A DNA stretch of 64,000 nt from Savitreella phatthalungensis (taxonomy: Eukaryota), in the NCBI GenBank assembly GCA_051599415.1, contig AP039696.1, forward strand, positions 372,001 to 436,000. Reading direction: 5' to 3'. A program made the position numbers and the translations under genes. Positions 56,939-64,000 of the stretch are shown here, in pieces. Under the pieces are notes generated by a model that saw only the letters and a program-made list of their open reading frames with translations, ran no database searches and was not told the DNA's origin. Within the stretch, counting starts at the first letter, position 1. The number at the start of each line of letters is the position of its first letter.

Positions 56939-58684
56939 CTATAGTTCTGCTCCTGCGGCCATCACCTTCTGAGTTCCAGCTCGAGCGTGTTGTGACAGTT
57001 CCTCAGATCTATCCGTGGTTGACTTTTCGCGAGAGTATGGATTCTCGATGAGTGGTGGTCTGGTGGCGACATGTTGACCTGCTGGTGTGTAGACCTTGAG
57101 TTGTGCGAAACCCTTCCAAATACCTACCGAGATTGCTCCTAGATCCTTGAAGACTATATCCGCTGCGTTGATCGGCCCACCGCGCTCTCGCGTCAGCGTG
57201 ACGTCGAGTGCAAGGGCCATCGGCTTTGCGCTTGTTGCTCGCGAATGCGAGAGCTGCTGCTGGAGGATGTCTGCCTTGTGGGTGTGCACGTGCTGGAGCT
57301 TCGGATTCATAAACTCTGTCAGGAGGATGTGGTCGGCCGTGCCAGCGACGAAGTCCACGCGGAATAGGCCGTCAGCGAGCACGGAGGTGCCGACGCGCAT
57401 CGATTTTGGAGGACGTTTGAAGAGTCTTCTGGGCAGCTGCTTCTGTAGATGCTCAGGCTTGATCACGCCAGCCATACCGGCCATCAGCACGCCTGGCGTA
57501 TCGATCAGATTGCCCTTTGCGGCCTTGCTGAACTGAGGCGCGAATCTGGAGAGTGGTAGGCGGATGCAGCCGAGTGTGGTTCCAGGGATGGGTGTGATGA
57601 TCGGTGCCTGCCCGTGCTTTGGTGATGGCGCCCTGTCTCTATCTGCGCTTCGCGAACGCATCAATCTTAGGTCACGCAGATCGCCTGGCGCCGGAACCGC
57701 AGCGCTGCGTCGCAACAGTGCCCCGATCAGAGACGACTTGCCTGCGTTCGCGCTGCCCACCAGATACACATTCTCGTTCAGATCGGCTGTCCGATTGAGT
57801 GTTTCCACCAACGCACCGAGTCCCCAATTCTTCAGTCCCGACACGACAAACACATCTTCCTGTTCCTGTTGAGTCAGCGGCCGACCGAGGCCTCGTGCAA
57901 GCGCAGCGACCAAGCTCTCGCGTGATGCAGCGATCACAAGCGGATTTGAAAAGTACAAATCTGCACGATTGATGACATGAATGATGCGCCTGCTTCGGTC
58001 GTTGGAGGCATTGGACGAATAACGCCTCGCGTCTATCAGCGAGAGCGGCAGATCTGCGATATCAACGACATTGATCAGTACCGCTCGTGGGTCTGCGCGA
58101 ATTGGGGAGAAGATCTGATCGATCGTCATGCCATGGAAATCATCATCACTGCTTGTCAATGCCAAGTCCTCGGGTGGTCGATAGTGATGGAGCAATCCGT
58201 GGCAGCGTGAGCATAGGTTTCGCGAGCTCACTTTAGCCTTCTCTGGTTTGCTGGACACTCTGGCCGGCTGGAAGTCCGATACTGGTCTGCCTGCAGCTTC
58301 ATCTTCCGCCTCGGCGTCCCGCAACGCAGCCATATTTGCCTGGAAGAGCGCGTCCTGAGCAAATCGGGACGCGTTTGGCTTGTGCGTCGTTTGTCGAGCT
58401 GTTGGACTCTGGGAATCGCGTACCAGCGCTCCACAACCTTCGCACACAGACATCGATGATTTCGATATCGCGACATCCGACTGTGTGCCTCGCGAGATGG
58501 TGTCCGAACCTGTTGTGATCAACCTGCTATAGCTCGGAGTAGCACGAACTCCATCGAGTGAGGGGTCGCACTGCGGCAGCAACAGCGATCCAGTCCATAG
58601 TGAATTCCGAGATGATCTAGGGAGTCGATGCCTCAAGCACCTGTGCGAGCTTACTGCGCAAGACCTTGCAGATCCAGGAAGCAT
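56939..58684 (-). CDS. GEP3: Mitochondrial circularly permuted GTPase (Gep3/Mtg3/NOA1/YqeH-like)
   Basis: Presequence; CEGCG..CSRC zinc motif; G4 NRAD before G1 GSANAGKS, G2 PGTT and G3 DTPG. Confidence 0.85.
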   Translation of the reverse strand: MLPGSARSCAVSSHRCLRHRLPRSSRNSLWTGSLLLPQCDPSLDGVRATPSYSRLITTGSDTISRGTQSDVAISKSSMSVCEGCGALVRDSQSPTARQTTHKPNASRFAQDALFQANMAALRDAEAEDEAAGRPVSDFQPARVSSKPEKAKVSSRNLCSRCHGLLHHYRPPEDLALTSSDDDFHGMTIDQIFSPIRADPRAVLINVVDIADLPLSLIDARRYSSNASNDRSRRIIHVINRADLYFSNPLVIAASRESLVAALARGLGRPLTQQEQEDVFVVSGLKNWGLGALVETLNRTADLNENVYLVGSANAGKSSLIGALLRRSAAVPAPGDLRDLRLMRSRSADRDRAPSPKHGQAPIITPIPGTTLGCIRLPLSRFAPQFSKAAKGNLIDTPGVLMAGMAGVIKPEHLQKQLPRRLFKRPPKSMRVGTSVLADGLFRVDFVAGTADHILLTEFMNPKLQHVHTHKADILQQQLSHSRATSAKPMALALDVTLTRERGGPINAADIVFKDLGAISVGIWKGFAQLKVYTPAGQHVATRPPLIENPYSREKSTTDRSEELSQHARAGTQKVMAAGAEL

Positions 58685-58869
58685 CTATCTGAAGGGTGAC
58701 GTCTTTGTGCCTCTCGGCATTATTGATCAAATACAAATTTCCGTCACCTGGTTCACTGATACACACAGAGGAGAACACTACAAACACAATCTGCAGAATA
58801 TGCAAAATCCTGAGCATTTCGATCTGATGGTCATTCGTGACTTCTACATACTGTTAAATAGGTCTGTCC

Positions 58870-60525
58870 TCACTTGTGAGCACCGTCGTGCTGGCTACCG
58901 TTCGTAACGTTGTAGCCGTTGCCCTTGTGAGCGGCAGCGACGCCGTTGCCAGCACGGATCTGGTTGCGGATGCCCATGAACGAAAGGCCCTCGATCGACT
59001 TGTAGCCATCGGTGACGCCGGTCTTCTTGGCCACTGCTGCTCCGAAGTCGGGGTGGACAGTGTTGAAGATACCGATGCAACGACGGATGATCTCTGGGTC
59101 CTTGCAGTTCTTCATGTGTCCGGAAATGACATCTGTCATGCGGTCACGCGACTCCTGGTCGATGACACGCTCCCAGAATGTACGAGGCTGCTCGAAGTCC
59201 TCCGGACGGATCGTGGAGAGGAAAGCGATTGCCGCACCCTGGTACTCGGTGTGTACCTTATCGAGCTCAACCTTGCGCTCGCCAAATGCGATCGGGTTGA
59301 TGGACGACACGTAGTTAGGACGAGCACCCTGGTTGTAGAATGCCATCTGGCCGTCACGCTGGAAGTTGCCGATGCGGTATGGCGTGCATGGCTGGTTCAC
59401 AGGCAACTGCTGGTAGTTTGAGCCGATGCGGTATCGGTGGGCGTCTGGGTACGAGAATAGACGCGACTGCAGAACTGGGTCTGCCGATGGCTCAATACCG
59501 GCAACGAGGTGGGCTGGGTTGAAGGCTGCAAGCTCGACCTCCGAGAAGTAGTTCTCCGGGTTGTGGTCGAGCACGAGCTCACCGAACTCACGAAGCGGGA
59601 ACTGTGCACGTGGCCAGATCTTGGTCAGGTCGAAAACGTTGATGTTGTTCTCAATTGCCTGCTCAACAGTCATGACCTGCACGTAGACCTTCCACTTAGG
59701 GAAATCGCCACGCTCGATAGCCTCGAACAAGTCCTGTGTGTGCGAGTCCGGAGGAAGCTCTGCGGCCTGCTCCTGCGTCAAGTTTTCGACACCCTGCTGA
59801 GAGAGCAGGTGGAACTGGACGTAAACCCAGTCACCAGCCTTGTTGATCATCTTGAAGGTGTGGCCGGAGTAACCCTGCATCTTGCGGTATGATGCAGGAA
59901 TTCCACGGTCACCCATGAGGAACATGAACTGGTGGATGGCCTCAGGGTCCTGAGAAAGGTAGTCCCAGAAGGCGGTCGAGTCCTGTGCGCCCGTCAGATG
60001 GGTCTGCGGGTTGCGCTTCTGTGTGTGGATGAAGTGCGGGAACTTTGCCGGGTCACGAAGGAAGAAGATGGGTGTGTTGTTGAAGACCCAGTCCATGTTG
60101 CCCTCCGCTGTACGAAGCTTGACAGAGAAGCCACGTGGGTCACGAGCTGCATCGGCGGAACCAGACTCGCCACCGACAGTCGAGAAACGGACTGTCACTG
60201 GGCATTCTGCGCCCTCGCGAGCGAAGATGTCTGCAAGGCAAATGTCCTCAAGAGACTTTGTGCACTTGAAAGTTCCGTGCGCACCTGATCCCTTGGCGTG
60301 AACAACACGCTCTGGAATCCGCTCGCGGTTGAAGTGCGAGAGGAGATCTACCAGGTGGAAGTCCTGAAGAAGGAGTGGACCATTCTCTCCTGCACGTTGT
60401 GACTCGTAAGCGTTCGGGAATTGGACACCGTTGGAAGCGGTGTAGACACTGTCCTGCGCCTTAGCGTCGTCGACATAGTCGCGAATCTTGAAGTTAAGAC
60501 CTGAATTGCCCTTAGCTGCGACCAT
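58870..60525 (-). CDS. Monofunctional small-subunit heme catalase, no PTS1
   Basis: GPLLLQD, FNRERIPERVVHAKG, RFSTV, RDPRGF, NNTPIFF, RLFSYPDAHR. Confidence 0.97.
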   Translation of the reverse strand: MVAAKGNSGLNFKIRDYVDDAKAQDSVYTASNGVQFPNAYESQRAGENGPLLLQDFHLVDLLSHFNRERIPERVVHAKGSGAHGTFKCTKSLEDICLADIFAREGAECPVTVRFSTVGGESGSADAARDPRGFSVKLRTAEGNMDWVFNNTPIFFLRDPAKFPHFIHTQKRNPQTHLTGAQDSTAFWDYLSQDPEAIHQFMFLMGDRGIPASYRKMQGYSGHTFKMINKAGDWVYVQFHLLSQQGVENLTQEQAAELPPDSHTQDLFEAIERGDFPKWKVYVQVMTVEQAIENNINVFDLTKIWPRAQFPLREFGELVLDHNPENYFSEVELAAFNPAHLVAGIEPSADPVLQSRLFSYPDAHRYRIGSNYQQLPVNQPCTPYRIGNFQRDGQMAFYNQGARPNYVSSINPIAFGERKVELDKVHTEYQGAAIAFLSTIRPEDFEQPRTFWERVIDQESRDRMTDVISGHMKNCKDPEIIRRCIGIFNTVHPDFGAAVAKKTGVTDGYKSIEGLSFMGIRNQIRAGNGVAAAHKGNGYNVTNGSQHDGAHK

Positions 60526-60567
60526 GGTTGTGTTGATGATGAAGGACAGAGTTGAGGATAGACGAGC

Positions 60568-60581
60568 TTATATATATATAT
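60568..60581 (-). promoter_or_regulatory. TATA-like (TA)n element upstream of catalase
   Basis: ATATATATATATAA on minus, 43 nt before the ATG. Confidence 0.6.
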
Positions 60582-62226
60582 TCTCAAGGAGCTAGCGCGG
60601 CGAATAGTCTGGGCTAGGCTCTGATGGTCTAGCTAGAATCTGGTGGGAGAGCCTTACAGAACGTTGATGGAAGGATTGATCTCCTGGATTCACTCCGTGC
60701 GGATTGAACATGCCGCGATACATTGGTGGCACTGGATTGAATGTCAGACAATCTGTAACGAAGCTAGCTTGGCTGTGGCGGGAAATGTAAAGAAGGTCGA
60801 ATGATCGAGATCAGGAAGTGCACCAGAGCTGGAACATCTTGTACGGCCAATGGACAGTGATTTGCTGACTTGAAGCTTCATTCATTGGTAGAATACGTGA
60901 TGGCTTTGATCTTCTGGATATGATATACTGGATTTCGTGATTGCATCACAATATCTGACCGTTCTGAGCTACAAAGATCATCCCACATTTCATTTGCCTC
61001 GCATGCTTCTCACCCCAGTCGACCACATGACGAGAGTGGCACATGACCTCACCATCGATCGAAGATTATCAATCTGAGAGCCGTCAACTTCAACAGATGC
61101 ACGATCCGATATAATTCGTTCAAGCAACAGATGAATGAGCAGACGGTAACTAGATCTTTTCGATCCTGTGCACCAGCCCCGGGCAATTCGTGTGGATCGC
61201 ATGATTGAGAGAGTTTTGTCAGCGGTCTCCTGGTCTGATATGGAAGCTTGCAGCCCGTCCATGTCAATTGTGCGGTGAAGTGTATGCGCAGAGAATCACA
61301 TTGAACGGAAGGAAGAACTATTCGCTTGCCATGGTCCTCAGAACGTAGTGGTGCCATCTTCTCATATTCTTATTACCGCTTGCTTATTTGGATGGGAGAC
61401 AATTCCGAGATCAAATCCGCCACAGCCGCTCCTGTCATTTTAGCCCGAGATCTCGCCATTGCTTTCCGCTGATCGAGCGCATGCATAATCCTGGCTACGG
61501 TCTTCCACGGTACAGCCGCAGAACTCCACATGTCTCTTGGCTCTTTCGACGGAACCACTTATTGAGAATGTTAGCGATGTCGCCGGATAATCTAATGATG
61601 GTTGCTCGGCAAATGGATGCCGAAACAACAAGCCGAGTCCCATAGCCGAACCACAAGGCCAGATTCGAAACCACAGACGGGCAGATGCGATGTGGCCTCA
61701 ATAATGCAGACGCATCCCGCACAGCACTCCGTAGATGGTCCTAGGCCGCGGGCAAATGCCGAGCAATTGTAGCTTGCAGAAATGTCGCTGCGTAGAAGAG
61801 ATTCTCACAACCAATCCGCGGCTTTTCCCAGGTTAGCTAGTAAGTGTTCATTGGATGTAGTGCAGGATATAGGCTATCGCGTTAGCCGACCTCTCCTGTC
61901 TATGCTGCTGCTGCTACTCATCGCCCTGCTTTGCCCCACTCATACGTACGGACTTGAGGCAGAGAGATGCGTGCAGTTTAGCGCCAGATTGAGGACTATA
62001 CTCCGCTCAGTGATACCACCTCCACGATTTTCCGGCATCACATATTGTCTGCTGCTGGTGTATTGGAAGCAAGTCTTTGTTCGATCGTGCATCGAAGTAC
62101 TTGACACGTGAACGAGGTTGTTCTAAAAATGCAATCAGTACACGTGTGATATGCATTACTAGCATCACATATAGGTCTTCAGCCCTTTCGTTGTCGAGCT
62201 GTTGGACACTACAGTTCAGGTGCATC

Positions 62227-63447
62227 ATGGTGGCTCGCAGTGCCGTTGTCGGGGCTCTGGCATGCCAACGTGACACATATCTAACAACGCTCGACACGCA
62301 CGTCACCATCTGCGACAGAGCTGCTAAGCAAGATGATGGCTATGAGGTACAATTTGCAGACACCGTTCTGTTTCCCGAAGGTGGCGGTCAACCTTGGGAT
62401 CACGGTAAGGTGATCATAGATGATAATCACTCGCTGGAATGCCGCAGAGTTCTGAGACGCAAGCTCGAAGCACTTCACTACCTGCCTGAGGAGGTTCCTC
62501 CTGGTACACCTGTCAAACTTGAGCTGGACTTCGCTCGGCGATTCGACAATGCTCAGCAGCACTCTGGACAGCACTTGCTGTCTGCCGTCATGGACGCCCT
62601 AGGGGTACCGACGTTGGGCTGGGCAATGAATGAGAGCGAGGCGTACGTAGAGGTCAGCACTTTGCCGGACCTTGACCTAGTGGAACAACGATGCAATGAG
62701 CACATCCGGGAAAACCTGCCAATCACTGTACACGAGACGAGAGATGTGCCCTCGACACTGCCTGCAGACTACGATGCGTCCTCTGGCGTGGTGCGCGTCG
62801 TGTGCATAGGGAAACTCGATTACAACCCGTGCTGCGGTACGCATGTGAGGTCAACAGGCGAGCTCAACGCGCTTGCAATATTGCATACCTCATCAGTCCG
62901 TGGTACGAACAAGCGGATACACTTCTTGGTCGGCGATCGGTGTCGGCGGCGGCTGCGTCACCTGACAGACGTGACCAGAAAGGCCGGTGAGCTTCTGACC
63001 GTGCCTGCCCATGAAATTCCAGACAAGGTGGTGGCACTGCAGAAGAGCACTCGCGGCTACATCAAACAGGAGCGCGCGCTCAAGACGGAACTGACAGCTA
63101 TGCTAGTCGAAAAGCTCGAGGCGGAGCTCGCCGAGGGAGACGTCCTAGTCATCAGACCAAACTCAGACGCCGATGTGCTGCAAGGTCTCAAGACACATTT
63201 CACAAAGCGTCCCGCCAAGCACGTGATCATTGGCGTCGCGCTTAACGACGCTGAAACGGGCAAGGCCGGGGCACTTGTCGTCGTCGGTCCCGCTGATCAG
63301 GTGGCGACCGTGACGAAACAAATCTCGGACAATATCACTGTCAAAGGTGGCGGTCGAGGCGGCAGCTATCAGGGCAAATTCGATGCCCTGCCAGCTGCCA
63401 AGATCGACTGGCTCAAGAGCATCACTACTGTACATCACCAAGCATAG
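62227..63447 (+). CDS. Freestanding alanyl-tRNA editing protein (AlaX/AARSD1-like)
   Basis: ATG at 62227; DTVLFPEGGGQP.D, QQHSGQHLL (HxxxH), CCGTHV (CxxxH), C-terminal KGGG DHHA1-like motif. Confidence 0.93.
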   Translation: MVARSAVVGALACQRDTYLTTLDTHVTICDRAAKQDDGYEVQFADTVLFPEGGGQPWDHGKVIIDDNHSLECRRVLRRKLEALHYLPEEVPPGTPVKLELDFARRFDNAQQHSGQHLLSAVMDALGVPTLGWAMNESEAYVEVSTLPDLDLVEQRCNEHIRENLPITVHETRDVPSTLPADYDASSGVVRVVCIGKLDYNPCCGTHVRSTGELNALAILHTSSVRGTNKRIHFLVGDRCRRRLRHLTDVTRKAGELLTVPAHEIPDKVVALQKSTRGYIKQERALKTELTAMLVEKLEAELAEGDVLVIRPNSDADVLQGLKTHFTKRPAKHVIIGVALNDAETGKAGALVVVGPADQVATVTKQISDNITVKGGGRGGSYQGKFDALPAAKIDWLKSITTVHHQA

Positions 63448-63755
63448 CGCATACCCTCATCTATGAAGTCGTGTACTAGAGCGATCATGTCAGTGCGTCA
63501 GACTATTTCATTTGATGTGTGCAAGGTAATTCAAAATCAGTGAGCCCCGCACGACGGTTGATTCATTGGTGTAGATCAATCCTGTACGTCATTAAAAGTA
63601 GAAATATACTTCGAACGTGGTGGACATTGACAAATACGAACCTCAACCATCGACCTCTACAGGATATCCATACGACTGGTCTTTCGGTCAGCACATTGTA
63701 TCTATACAAAAAGCTAACTTGAGCGTCCCGGCTCAGAGACAAGGGTTTCTAGACC

Positions 63756-64000
63756 ATGCCGAAGCCAGAATGGTGGATTCGATCACGACGGTTGTTGTCA
63801 TGGGAGGCTGGATGTTGGCGATTTCTGATGCGAATCGGGATGCTGCTGCATCACAGGACGTTACCGCGACCAATGTCCTCAACGTTCAAGCGGGAGATCC
63901 CATCGACCTTGGGGAGCAGTCCTCCTGGCAAGATCAAGCTGGTCTTCTACATGCCTCGGGACTGGCACTCGCGCTCGACGCCGATGCCTTGCGTTGTCAA
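63756..64000 (+). CDS. Probable HSL-family alpha/beta hydrolase, 5' part; runs off the right edge
   Basis: Open frame from ATG 63756 to the edge: MPKPEWW..CWRFLMRIGMLLH..FKREIPST..GKIKLVFYMP..PCVV(N). This resembles the segment preceding the FHGGG oxyanion motif, but that motif lies outside the window. Confidence 0.6.
   Translation, partial: MPKPEWWIRSRRLLSWEAGCWRFLMRIGMLLHHRTLPRPMSSTFKREIPSTLGSSPPGKIKLVFYMPRDWHSRSTPMPCVV

Noticed and set aside
58830..58872. Cryptic peroxisomal signal for catalase via stop-codon readthrough
   Set aside because: Stop context is TGA GGA and the extension ends ..RSHE, not a PTS1. None of the stops I checked in the window had the TGA CTA context.

Overview
Gene-dense, intron-poor fungal (ascomycete) chromosomal segment. 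Protein character and sparse short GT-AG introns with CTAAC/CTGAC branch points suggest a Taphrinomycotina-like yeast, which is my inference only. About 29 conserved housekeeping genes are recognisable: VPS8 (partial, absent from the ORF track), an RCR-type membrane adaptor, NCS1/FRQ1, MMF1 (2 introns), eIF4A, a WrbA/Pst2-like quinone reductase, dynamitin, a TOS1-like glycosidase, an Atg14/Vps38-like protein, a 2OG-Fe(II) oxygenase, CPA2, ERV46, PPT2, SF3B1, FUN30, VMA21 (2 introns), PPE1, a Par32/DUF3602-like protein, MMSDH, an NRAMP transporter, SSB Hsp70 (1 intron), PET100, myosin I, ARO8, calnexin, GEP3, catalase, AlaX and a partial alpha/beta hydrolase at the right edge. I found no tRNA, rRNA, CRISPR array, transposon or biosynthetic cluster, and I cannot support a wholly new multi-gene system here. 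The best leads are: alternating CA-rich/GT-rich blocks inside coding sequence, a long structured SSB intron (possible snoRNA), a densely structured intergenic segment at about 22.4-22.65 kb, natural substitutions in the SF3B1 branch-site/drug pocket, and several genes arranged to give two differently targeted isoforms. Family assignments are from recalled motifs, not database searches.
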